Shown: positions 14,113 through 26,720 of the stretch, piece after piece
Numbering within the stretch: position 1 is the stretch's first letter
How the letters are laid out: the number at the start of each line of letters is the position of its first letter
NCBI GenBank assembly: GCA_951406725.2
Contig: OX597832.1
Location: 39,432,001 to 39,496,000 of the forward strand
From: Octopus vulgaris
Lineage: Eukaryota
DNA: 64,000 nt
Direction of reading: 5' to 3'
Position numbers and translations under genes: made by a program
Notes under the pieces: model-generated
What the model saw: only the letters and a program-made list of their open reading frames with translations
The model's database searches: none
What the model was told of the DNA's origin: nothing

Positions 14113-15712
14113 CATAAATACATACATACATACATACATACATACATACATACATACATACATACATACATACATACATACATACAGAGAGAGGGCCTTA
14201 TTGTCTTCGAGAATTTGACACGATGGTGCACTGAATCGGTGCTTGGTAGTGTTATGCCAGTTCTTTAGATAGAAGTTGCTTTTGATTGGTATATGGCTCC
14301 TGTCTTTTTCCCACTTATCGTTAGGCCAAACGCTTTTGCTGCAGAAGAGAACCGTGTTACGACTTCCTGTCTTTCCCTGAAAGAATTAGCTACTGGAGCG
14401 GCATCATCTGCAAACAAGAAGTCTAAATAGCATTTTCACCCTAGTAAGTTCCTCACCTTAAATCTTTGATGGTTAAGGAGCCCACCTGAAGTTCTAAATT
14501 CAAATGAAACATTACTATAGTCCTTGAAGGCTGCCCAAGCACCAGAGAAAGTCAAATAGCAAAGAAAATTGGGGCCCTTACACATATATGCTATATTTTC
14601 CCCATTTTTTACTCGAAAGGGATCTGATGAAGCGCCAGTTTGCATAGAAGGATGCTGTAACACTGAGCGTTTTTTTAGGAATTCCAATCTTCTTCAGCGC
14701 TGACCACAAAGCATCACGGTCGACGGAGTCAACCGCCTTTGTTAAGTCAACAAAGATTATAAATAATTCACTGTTCTCTCCCATAATTTCTCTGCAACCT
14801 GCCGCAAGCAGTATATCTTGTCTATGGTTCCTATCCAGGCCCTAAAGCCACACTAGGATTCAGAATAAACATGATCTACCAGGTGTATTCTTCTAAGAAC
14901 AACTCAATCAAGGGTCTTGCCACAGAGAGCAGTGATATACTTTGATGACTGTCACACGATTACGTTTTGTCTTTTATGTTTAAATAAATGGGTAACACAC
15001 GAGTCTTTAGATTCCGGAAGAACCTGGCGATTCTTCCAAATCAAAGCAAACAAATCCAAACGCTTATACACAAGGACATTAACTTCATATCTGTACACCT
15101 CCGCTGTTTCACTAGCATCACCGGGTGATTTCCCTGATACCATTTGTTTTATAGCTCTTTTATCTTCGGCACATATAAAGTCAAAGTCCTATTCAAGGAT
15201 TTCCGGCCTCATAGGAATTGAGTAAATAACATTATGATCCAAAACAGATCGAGAATTCAAATACAGTGATCTTTCCATCGGTTAAGAATATAACTTTTCT
15301 ATGTTAATAAAGTAGATCTATTTGATGATAATATCAGTGAGGACTCGCGTTGTTGCGGGCCATAAACCTGTTTTATGTCCTCGTAGAAGGCTTTTATAGC
15401 TTTTCTATCGGCAGCTTTTTGATGAGCACCACTCGACTTTCATTTTCCTCAAGGTCTATTGAACAAATTTATCTACACTTCAAATATAACTTCTTTTTTC
15501 ACTAAAGATTTTTTGTCGGTAATTTATACTTCATGGGAGGAGTTCATTTTTTCTCTATTGGTGATAGTTTATTTGTACTGTTTTTATTGAACCGATCTTT
15601 ATCCTTACACTTTTGCAGGCCAGGAGCTTCAAGTGAAGTAGAATACGCTTACTTCCTTGAAATTATTACACGATTCTTCAATGTTTTCCGAAATTTCAAC
15701 TCGTTCAAACTG
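13700..15712 (-). mobile_element. Decayed RTE-clade LINE (reverse transcriptase and C-terminal region), interrupted by a microsatellite at ~14045-14190
   Basis: Minus-strand translation across frameshifts gives KAFYEDIKQVYGP, ILNRWKDH, SGKSPG, CGFR, FVDLTKAVDSVDRDALW, DFLFADDAA (14398-14424), ISNEQLL...WVGHVTR, TYGEV...VGRP. These are characteristic RTE ORF motifs in the expected order. Confidence 0.85.
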
Positions 15713-15715
15713 CAC

Positions 15716-15869
15716 GTGTGTTTACGTCCCCATAACTTAGCGGTTCGGCAAAAGAGACCGATAGAATAAGTACAAAGAATAAGTCCTGGGGTCGATTCGC
15801 TCGACTAAAGGCGGTGCCCCAGCATGGCCACAGTCAAATGACTGAAACAAGTAAAAGAGTAAAGAGTAA
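15716..15869 (+). mobile_element. SINE family A, 3' half
   Basis: GTGTTTACGTCCCCATAACTTAGCGGTTCGGCAAAAGAGACCG...GACTGAAACAAGTAAAAGAGT. Confidence 0.85.
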
Positions 15870-16190
15870 GTCTAGTACATTCGTCCGCAATATGGACAAT
15901 GGTTTCCTCAACCCTATTACAGACGCGGCACACTCGAGGCACTTGTTCATTCCTAAGGTTGATCCTCCAATTTGTCACCAAAACTTGGACTTATGCTACC
16001 AGTATAGTCCTTACAGTCTTTTTTTTTTCTGTTTGTTTGTTTGCATCGTTAGAAGCTTTCTTGTCTTCCTGTCCAAATCCTTTAGCTCTTCCTCTGTCCA
16101 CTTCAGAATTCCAGCCCCACACCGAACTACTGCGACTGTGCATGAGTTTATTGCCGAAATTACGTTTCTGGCATTCAGCTTTGAAGCCAA

Positions 16191-16530
<340 letters not shown>

Positions 16531-17058
16531 ATTTATTTATTTATCATCATTCTTCTTATTATTATTAATTTGCATACAGCTATTGTTATACGATTCCCTA
16601 CTGTGTTTGTTTCGATTGACATGCGCAGATAATGCCTTTCAGACATCCCTTATTAAAACTATATGATCTTACACCTGACATTTCCCCGGTACCTTTGAAA
16701 ATACTTACCTTTGTATTCTCTCGCTTATTTCAATTAGAATTACAGACGCGGTTTAGATGAAAGATTAAAACAATACCGTTGCGATTTGATCTTCGAAGTC
16801 TGAGACACTGAAAGAAAATGTATATGAATGTTCTGTCTTGGTTACCTCGACGACCGATGGGAGTCAGATTAAATATTGATTGAAACACGTGAGAACACAC
16901 ACACACACACACACAAACATACACGTGTGTGTGTGTGCATTTGATTTAGCCTTTGTGTTTGAATGTGCATGTGAGTGTGTGTATGGATGTGTGATTGTGT
17001 GATTGTATGTTACCAATAGACAATGCAAAGACAAAGAATTCTTTCACTTCTGTATATG

Positions 17059-17107
<49 letters not shown>

Positions 17108-17121
17108 ATGTGAGTGTGCGT

Positions 17122-17152
<31 letters not shown>

Positions 17153-17191
17153 AGTAGTGATGCAAATAATCAAAATTAAGTGTGTGTACCT

Positions 17192-17233
<42 letters not shown>

Positions 17234-17615
17234 GACACACGTCTTCATAAAGATAAGCACACACTCATACACATACATACTTCCATACATATATATATGT
17301 GTGTGTGTATGTATACCTATATATATGTATATATACAAACGTACATGTATACATACATTCACACAAACACACACACACAAACATATATATATATAGACGG
17401 AGAGAGCGAAGTGCAGCGCGACACACAACAGTCTCAAGTGTAAGCATAATTAATATATAGTGAAAATATGTTTCGAAACCCAGTTTCAAATAGAATCGCA
17501 TCGAATGCCACAATACTCCCGTAAAATATATCTGAATGTTTTTCCTATATAATATTATCACCTTTTCTCTTCACGCAGGAAGTGATGGCTTCACCACACA
17601 CACACGCACAAACAC

Positions 17616-17658
<43 letters not shown>

Positions 17659-17659
17659 T

Positions 17660-17719
<60 letters not shown>

Positions 17720-17816
17720 AAAGGCTCCCAAATAAGGAAGCTTAGTGCTAGAGACACAAAGAGGAATAAATTCATGGAAAGAATGAAAATCAAAATCCTT
17801 TACCATTAAAGATATA

Positions 17817-17894
17817 TCCCAGACTGATCAGTTTCTAACTCTTTCTAACAAAACAGACAGAATATGTTTGCCAAGGCAAGGTTCGTCAGTGGGA
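17817..17894 (-). ncRNA. Type I hammerhead-ribozyme-like motif in a (TA)n-flanked cassette
   Basis: Minus strand reads UCCCA-CUGACGA-(47 nt)-GAAAC-UGAUCA-GUC-UGGGA. Helix I is a perfect 5 bp, the core is canonical and helix III is a 10-nt palindrome (ACUGAUCAGU). The base of helix II is imperfect. Confidence 0.7.
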
Positions 17895-17930
17895 AGCCTT
17901 CAGGGGGAAGCCTATATATATATATATATA

Positions 17931-18154
17931 TTGATAAAAATGGTAAGACAACAAAAGAATGAAAGAGATCTTGATAAATACAGTGTACATTTAAACACAT
18001 AACAGGACATCTGACCTGCTAGAAGGAGTAGTCCTGTTATGGCCATCTCTTATGTGTTTAAATGTACACTGTATTTTTATATGAATAATATATAGTCTAT
18101 TGACCACTGGTAGCAAAAAAATTAAGAAAATTTTTTTGCTACCCTGGAATTATT

Positions 18155-18160
<6 letters not shown>
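17931..18160. mobile_element. Foldback (MITE-like) cassette between (TA)n tracts
   Basis: Perfect 27-bp inverted repeat 17976-18002/18050-18076 and perfect 15-bp hairpin 18109-18123/18129-18143. Confidence 0.6.
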
Positions 18161-18204
<44 letters not shown>

Positions 18205-18470
18205 TGGTGTCATCTAAACTATCGGATGTTGTACATCGCTAGGCACAATGCACTTCGCTTTGTTTTAGCTTTTGTTATCCCGCACCCCTACTTATCCCTG
18301 ATCGAAAAAGTATTTCATCACACATTTACCGATTTAGAGCTTGGTGGACAGGAATAACGCGAAATGAAGTGTTTTCCTCAAGAGTAAAATGCGTCATCCG
18401 GTCCAAGACTTGAACCCATGATAAGGCAATCGCGAGTGTAATATCCAAACCACTAGGACACGCACCTTCA
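18205..18470 (-). mobile_element. Diverged tRNA-derived SINE
   Basis: Minus-strand head GGTGCGTGTCCTAGTGGTT...GGGTTCAAGTCTTGG with A-box-like and B-box-like motifs. Confidence 0.5.
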
Positions 18471-18753
18471 TATAATACATATTTATGTTAGTATATTCAT
18501 AATTCTGAGGAATAATTTCAAATATTAGAAAACTAGAATGCAAAATGTTTAGAATCAGAGAACTTAATTCAAATACTGCATAATCCAACTAAATTGTATG
18601 AAGCCGGATTCATATTGCTCAATAATCTGAGGGTCGTAATATAATCCATGGTTAATCATTTTTATTCAAAATTACATATGTATATATCTTCGTGTGTATG
18701 TGACGTAGGTTTGAGCCTGTATGTGTGTGTGTGTGAGTGTGTGTGTGTATGTG

Positions 18754-18786
<33 letters not shown>

Positions 18787-18973
18787 GTGCGTGCGTGTGT
18801 GTGTGTGTATGTGTGTGTGCGTGCGTGTGTGTGTGTGTGTGTAACTAAATAAAATATACAAATTAAGTATAGGACATCAACAACGAGTGAAAAATACACA
18901 AAACAAGGGAGATAAGTACAGGACAAAAAAAACAAAACATACAAGTACATCACCAACGAGCGAAAAATAGGTG

Positions 18974-19050
<77 letters not shown>

Positions 19051-19100
19051 GTGTGGGTGCATATATATATGAGTGCATATATAGAAATATATATATATAC

Positions 19101-19156
<56 letters not shown>

Positions 19157-19238
19157 CTATATATATGTATATGTGTGGGTATATATATATATGAGTGCAT
19201 ATATAGAAATATATATATATATATATACATATATATAC

Positions 19239-19304
<66 letters not shown>

Positions 19305-20121
19305 CTATATATATGTATATGTGTGAGTGTATATATATATATATGAGTGCATATATATACATATATATATATACATATATATACATATATATATATATGT
19401 ATATATATATATATGTGTATATATGTGTATGTTTGTGTATGTATGTATGCATGTATGTATGTATGTATGTATGTATGTATGTATGTATTATGTATGTATG
19501 TATGTATGTATATGTATATAACAGTAGAAGTACCATACTAAGATTTTTCAGAATTTTCGTGTTTTTTCTTACGATTCACTTTCTATGGCTTTTGTTCTCC
19601 TTATTTCTCTAATCCTTTCCTTCGTCGTTTACAACTCTTTCTCTCACACACACACCCACACCCCACTATTTTTTTCCTCTTTCATTATCTTTTCTCTTCT
19701 GCTATTTTGACTGCAACGAAAGTAATACGTGTTCCTTACAGAAGCATTTTTTGGGTCATAGTTTTCCTCTTAATTTTTATTATTATTATTGTTATTTTAA
19801 TATTTTCTTTCTTTTTTTTTTTTTGCAGACTATGGAAATTTACGAGTTCTTTTAAGTTTCTGGTATATATATTTTATTTGAAGAGATGCCTGCGTAAGGA
19901 AGAAAGGTATATATATTATATTTTCTTTTGTTTTTACTTTACGTTGACGTCTCCCACAGATAATCACGATTATTTAGGAGCTCCGGTGAACATTAAGTGA
20001 CTTCTACATACGTTACAGACATGCATGCAGTCATCGATTCACACATACTAATATATGTATATATTAGTGCGTATATATGAATGATACACGTATATATATA
20101 TACGTGTATGTGTGTAAATAC

Positions 20122-20166
<45 letters not shown>

Positions 20167-20194
20167 TGTATGTATATGTATATATATATGTATA

Positions 20195-20231
<37 letters not shown>

Positions 20232-20265
20232 TGTATATATTTATAATATATATATATATATATAT

Positions 20266-20308
<43 letters not shown>

Positions 20309-20390
20309 GTGCATATAATATATATATATATATAATATGCATGCATCTATACAGACATAAGTACATAGCTATACACACACGCGTGTGTGC

Positions 20391-20467
<77 letters not shown>

Positions 20468-20970
20468 ATGTAACCTAATCGTTAGGTAAAGAAATGAAAC
20501 TATCTATCAGAAGTTAATGTTAAATACAGTGTATGCAAGATTTATTCCATTTGTTCTAATAAAATGCAAATTGTTTCAGCTGGTATATGTGCTCTTCAGA
20601 GAAATGCGTACTCCTTCACCACCCGTGTTTCTGTGTGTGTGTGTATATATTACGTAACACTGTATTACTCAGTAGAAATGAAAATAAGCATAAGTATTTG
20701 AATGTCTATGCTGTGATAAGAAATCATAGTAATGTAAATACATTCGTGCTACACTTTTAATATGGGGAGCAAAGCATGGCCCGACTTCTGACCAACATAT
20801 CCAACACTGTGTTTATTGTTGGTCTTATGAAATGCACTCAGTATCGGATATTCGGCTAATATATTTTGCAGACAAAAATTCATTTCGTTCCGTAGTGGAT
20901 AACATCACTCACATACATTATTTATATTATTTACAATCGACGGATATTCGTCCTCATCTTGTTTGTTGTT

Positions 20971-21016
20971 AACACAACGTTTCGGCTGATATACCCTCCA
21001 GGCTTCATCAGGTGTC
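20971..21016 (-). ncRNA. Minimal type I hammerhead-like motif (Penelope-type)
   Basis: Minus strand reads GACAC-CUGAUGA-A-GCCUG-(10 nt)-CAGCC-GAAACGUU-GUGUU. Helix I is GACAC/GUGUU, helix II pairs 4 of 5, and helix III is reduced to the AACGUU palindrome. Confidence 0.6.
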
Positions 21017-21034
21017 GTGGAGAATTTCTCTCTT

Positions 21035-21183
21035 TCTGTTTTGAGTTCAAATTCCACCGAGGCTGACTTTACCATTTTATCAGTTTGAGTCATGAAAATT
21101 AGTACCAGTTGAGCGCTAGAGCCGATGTCGTCGATTTAACCCCCTCCCCAAAGATTACCTTGTTCCAAAATTTGAAGTCAATA
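21035..21183 (+). mobile_element. SINE family B, 5'-truncated
   Basis: GAGTTCAAATTCCACCGAGG...AGTACCAGTT...CCAAAATTTGAAG. Confidence 0.6.
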
Positions 21184-22419
21184 TTCATGGCAGTCTCCTC
21201 AGAACGCTGGAGAAAAGGCATTTCGGTAATGTAATTACGGAAATTTTGCATTCTCAGATCTAACCTCGCCACAGGATATTTTGCAATCCATGCTTTATCT
21301 TCAACAAATTAAGTACCAGTAAAATACTAGGATAAAATCTATTAGATATGTAGATATTAGATACTCCTTCCTGAGAAATCTGTCGTTTCGTCTTTTTGTA
21401 AAACATCAATAAACACAGGAAGGAAAAGGTGTCACTTACTGTCTGTTTTTTGATATCTAATTGCATTTGATTGTACGTGCATGTTACAGCAAAAGTTTTT
21501 CTATTAAGAATCCAAACATTAAACAAACACTTCCCACATAAATTTGTTTTTCTTTCCTCCTTTGCAGTTAATTTTTATCTTTTCTTGCTAAAATATTTTC
21601 TATGAACTCATAAAATCATCAAACCTAACAATTGTGATATTTCATTCGTGGCAATAAATTATTACATTGCTATAATGTAAAACAAACAAACAACAACAAA
21701 AAACAATTCATTTGAATTGCATTTGTTGTTGCATTCTATTGTTGTTGCTATTGTTATTACTGTTGTTGTTGTTAGTTTTGTTGTTGTTGTTGTTGTTGTT
21801 GTTGCCATAGCTGTCATCGTTTTCGTATTGCTTCAGCCATTGTTATCGGTTTTGTTTTTGTTATTGTTTTTGTCACCTTCCTCAACATCGGTTGTGTTGA
21901 TGTTTTTGTTCGTGCTACTGGCGTTGTTGTTGTTGTCATCATTTGCCATTGTCATCATTGTCATCATTGATGTCGTTGCCGCTATTGCTGTGGCTGTTAT
22001 TGACTGATGTTGTTATTAAGACAAAAGCTTTCGGGTAATTATTATCATTACAAGGTGTTTGCAAGACTCGTGGCCTAAAGAATTTTAATGACATAGCCGT
22101 GTCCAATAAAACTGTTTATTAAATTCTCTATAGGCGTGGATGCTATAATCAATGTTGTAGAATTTTGTTGTTAAATCTTTCTGTTAGGGAAACTTTTTTT
22201 CGTATTCTTTGACGTCTTTTTAAAAACCTTCATGCAACAATTAGCAAAAGCTATCATGAAACATTCGTTATAGTTACGACCATTTTCATTCTGCATCTGT
22301 TATAATCTTGAGAATTTATTGATTTATCTGTGATATATTTTGAATATGTGGGTGTGAGCATGCGTGCGTGTGTGTGTGTATGTGTGTGCATGTATATGAA
22401 TATATATTATATATCTGTA

Positions 22420-22600
22420 CGTGTGTGGTTCTGCGTTTGTCACCCATCACCGCTTGACAACAGATGTTTGCTTACGTCTCCGTAACATAGCGGTTTGACA
22501 AAAAGGTTCCGATATAATGAGTACCAGGTCGAAAAAGAAATGCTTGTCGACCCAGTATTGTGGCAGTCGGATGACTGAAACAATAAAAAGAAAAATATAA
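22420..22600 (+). mobile_element. SINE family A, diverged 3' half
   Basis: CGCTTGACAAC...CGTAACATAGCGGTT...GACTGAAACAATAAAAAG. Confidence 0.6.
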
Positions 22601-22971
22601 AAGAAATATATAAATTTATGTGTGAAGGTACGTAACCAGATGGTGAAGTTATTGGACACACGGTCGTGAGGACATGGGTTTGATTCTTAAACTAGGTGAC
22701 ATATTGTCTCCTTGAGCATTTATGCAAATCTCTTTGATCCAGTCTACTCACCTTATATGAGTGCCTGCTAGGAGATGGTGCCACGCTCTCTCCCTCTCTC
22801 AGTCGCATTCTGGATAGTCCACTGGATCAAGGATGGAAAGCTCCAGAGCATGTCTGTCTGGTCGTGCTACATAGGCACTTAAGACAATAAGCGAAATCAT
22901 GTTATGATCGCATTTATATATGTATGTGTAAGTACATATATAAATTTATATATGTACGTGTAAGTGCGTCC

Positions 22972-23010
<39 letters not shown>

Positions 23011-23012
<2 letters not shown>

Positions 23013-23409
23013 TCTTTTTACTCTTTTACTTGTTTCAATCATTTTATTGCGGCCATGCTGGAGCACCGCCTTGAATCGAGCAACTCGACCCCGGGACTTA
23101 TTCTTTGTAACCCCAGTACTTATTCAATCGGTCTCTTTTGCCGAACCGCTAAGTAACGGGGACATAAACACACCAGCATCGGTTGTCAAGCAATGCTAGG
23201 GGGACAAACACAGACACACAAACATAAACGCACACATATATATATACATATATACGACGGGTTTCTTTCAGTTTCCATCTACCAAATCCACTCACAAGGC
23301 TTTGGTCGGCCCGAGGCTATAGTAGAAGACACTTGCCCAAGGTGCCACGCAGAGGGATTGAACCCGGAACCATGTGGTTGGTAAACAAGCTACTTACCAC
23401 ACAGCCACT

Positions 23410-23412
<3 letters not shown>
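23011..23412 (-). mobile_element. SINE family A, full length, inside (TA)n
   Basis: Reverse complement of the family A consensus, flanked by (TA)n on both sides. Confidence 0.9.
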
Positions 23413-23489
<77 letters not shown>

Positions 23490-23904
23490 CATATATTCAT
23501 ACGAAATCAAATAGGTGACAAAGGAAAAGAAAATTATGCTATGAGCTTCATTGACTTACAGGTGTTTCTGCAACATGATGCAGTGTACTCAGAACTGTGT
23601 ACTTGTGCATCACCTTACAGCTTATAACTTCTTCTGAGCTTCAGAATAGGAGTGCAGAAACAGCTGTAAGCTAATTAAATTCATTCCATAATTTTCGGTC
23701 TTTTTGTCATTAGTTTAATTCCATATTAAGCTCTGTGCTCGACTAACGCTTTGTTCTGAAGCATATCTATATAGATTTCTAACACCATGTTTTAGCATCG
23801 CTATGCTTAAGAAGAATATTAAAATATATGTATATGTGTGTGTATGTGTGTGTATGTACATATATATATACATATATATATATATATATGTATGTATATA
23901 TATT

Positions 23905-23935
<31 letters not shown>

Positions 23936-23957
23936 GTACATATATACATATATATAC

Positions 23958-23994
<37 letters not shown>

Positions 23995-24011
23995 CACACA
24001 CACACCTATAC

Positions 24012-24054
<43 letters not shown>

Positions 24055-24099
24055 TGATCGGTCATAATTTTCATAATTCTAAATGATATAGGGTTATAA

Positions 24100-24480
24100 A
24101 TAGCTATTTTTATATGACGACACTTGTTCGCAACTATCAGCTTATCTTCGTTGTATCTAAAAACTCAGCACTTGAAAGACGTCCATTTTAAAGCCTCCAA
24201 ATGAGGGACCGTCAACGGGATCTTTAGAAAGAACAGTGTAATCCCTCGAAAATGAATAATGCATTGTATGACATAACCGATGGTTTTGTAGAAAATTGAG
24301 GGATGTAATTGCCTCGAATGAAGAATGCGAAGCCTATCGTTTCCATCTCTTGCTCTTCAAAGGAGATGAAGCTGTCGTTGGTAGAAAACGAAGAAGGATG
24401 ACGTTCAATGAACAGAAGAATGAAATGAATGCGTTCAAACGGGGAATGAAAAATCCTTTTGAAACGTGTTGCTGACCTGT
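24100..24480 (+). pseudogene. Possible Mutator-like (MULE) transposase C-terminal remnant
   Basis: With frameshifts, 24241-24280 reads IPR-x-NNAL-x-(TGA for W)HNR, resembling the MULE motif PRTNNxxEGWHNR. It is preceded by F-x-x-x-x-(W) and ERT. Confidence 0.35.
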
Positions 24481-25293
24481 TTTCGGTTTTTTTTTTTTTT
24501 TTTTTGACTCTCCTTCAATGGAAAGTAGAGAAAGATGAAGATGCTGTTGGTCTGACCTTCGGCAATGAGTGAAGGGTTGTTTTTCCCATCTTCAATCACT
24601 CTTTCAGATTCTGAGCTTTACTCTAGTGGATCATAGAGGTCCTTCTACACTGTTTGCCATTGTATCCCATATTCAATCACTCTTTCAGTTTCTGGCTTTA
24701 CTCTTTGGCTAATACAGTTCTATATACACCGTGCGCCAAAATAGGCGGATTCTGGCTTCAGTACCCCCATTATAACCCCTCGTAATTATTTTTAGTTTTA
24801 CGAATTTTCAGAAAATTTTTGCGCATTTGTGTTGTAAACACGGGCCCATGGAGGACAATATCGAAGAACAAGTTATAGCAACAACAAAAAATTCCAAAAG
24901 CCACAAAAACATGTGGCGTCAACATCAGTCAAGGGGAGATATTACCACATTAAAGGATATAACAGAAGATATATCATAGAAAGTAGAGAAATAAATAATA
25001 AATAAATAGATAGAATCCCCAGCAGCGGGGCAGTCCGCAAGGAGTACATAGATTTACTAAAGTAACTGATATGAGATTCAGAATGGCAAAGTACGCCAAA
25101 GCAAACTAGAAGAGAGGGAAGTTAAGAACAGTAATATCATGCTATATGAAGATAAAGAAATAAGTGGAATACGCCAAACACAGATTGGCAAAAATTAAAC
25201 AATCAATACACTAGGCAAGATGAAACATACAAAATAAAGAAACTATTAGTAAGGAATGTCATAAAGATGCACTCGAATAGTATTTCAAACATA

Positions 25294-25699
25294 GGCGCAG
25301 GAGTGGCTGTGTGGTAAGTAGCTTGCTAACCAACCACATGGTTCCGGGTTCAGTCCCACTGCGTGGCATCTTGGGCAAGTGTCTTCTGCTATAGCAGATT
25401 TGTGAGTGGATTTGGTAGACGGAAACTGAAAGAAGCCCGTCGTATATATGCATATATATGTATATGTATGTGTATGTGTTTGTGTGTCTGTGTTTGTCCC
25501 CCTAGCATTGCTTGACAACCGATGCTGGTGTGTTTACGTCCCCGTAACTTAGCGGTTCGGCAAAAGAGACCGATAGAATAAGTACTGGGCTTACAAAGAA
25601 TAAGTCCCGGGGTCGATTTGCTCGACTAAAGGCGGTGCTCCAGCATGGCCGCAGTCAAATGACTGAAACATGTAAGAGAGTAAAAGAGTAAAAAGAGTA
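25294..25699 (+). mobile_element. SINE family A, full length
   Basis: GGCGCAGGAGTGGCTGTGTGGTAAG head through GAGTAAAAGAGTA tail. Confidence 0.9.
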
Positions 25700-25829
25700 T
25701 AACTAAATACTAAAGCAGCAGGATTACAGGTTCCAAGACCGATAATGAGATAATACGTAATAAGTCTGATATGGGAAAACTATCGATATAACAATGCTAA
25801 ATGACAATAATGTTACGCAGAAGTAAATT

Positions 25830-26037
25830 GGTGAGCTGAGAGAATCGTTAGCGCACCGAGAAAAATGCTTAGCGCCTGTCTTTAGGTGCTGAGTTCAAAT
25901 TCCGGTGAGGTCGACTTTGCTTTTCGTTCTTTCGGAGTCGATAAATAAAATACTAGTTGATCACGGCGGGGGTTGATGTAATCGACTTAACCCTTCTCCA
26001 CGAAGTTGCTGGCCTTGTGCCTAAATGTGAAACCAAT
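25830..26037 (+). mobile_element. SINE family B
   Basis: GGTGAGCTGAGAGAATCGTTAGC...GAGTTCAAATTCC...GGTCGACTTTGC...GGCCTTGTGCC tail. Confidence 0.75.
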
Positions 26038-26356
26038 AATGTTGTACAGTAATGAGCCGTAAAATTATTCCGAATTAAGTTTTAAGATATATATATTGTA
26101 ATTAGCAGAGCCGGAGTAATAATCAACTATACCTGTCTGGATAGACATTGATACAATCCAGAATATAGTAATTTTAGGTTCTGTAAATATTCTTAGTGTA
26201 TTTGGATACATTATTTGTAAATGTTTAATATTTTGTTACACTTAATAATAGTTAACATTATCATAAAGCTTTTCTGCTTCTGTGCATCTTCTCCAAGGTT
26301 TAGCCAATTCTCGTTTCAAGGACGAATTTCTCAAAACCTTAAATTTCTAATAATAA

Positions 26357-26720
26357 TAATCCCTTCTACAGTAGCCGGAAGACCTGAAATATATGGTAAA
26401 GGAGCGAGTTGATTACGTCTACCCTAGTGCTTAACTGGTATCTATTTCTTCGATCTCGAAATGCTGAATGGCAAAGTTGAGCTCGGCGTAAAGACGGACG
26501 AAATGCCACTGAGCATTTTTTTCAGTGTCCTAGCGATCCTGCCGGCTCGCTGCCGTTTTTTTATTATAATGGTAATGCTTCCTATTACAGGCACAAAGCC
26601 TGAATTTTGGAGGAAGGAGCTAGCCGATTACACTGACCCCAGTGCGTCACTGGTACTTATCCTGAAAGAATGAAAGGCAAAGTCGACCTCGACAGAATTT
26701 GAACCCAGGACGAAAAAGAT
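26357..26720 (-). mobile_element. Two diverged SINE family B copies
   Basis: Reverse-complement matches to B (GGCAAAGTCGACCTCG...GAATTTGAAC; GACGGACGAAATGCC...GCTCGCTGCC). Confidence 0.55.

Noticed and set aside
20565-20602. Minus-strand CTGAAGA...GAAACAATTTGCA
   Set aside because: The cleavage triplet is GCA and helix I does not pair; at best a dead relic.
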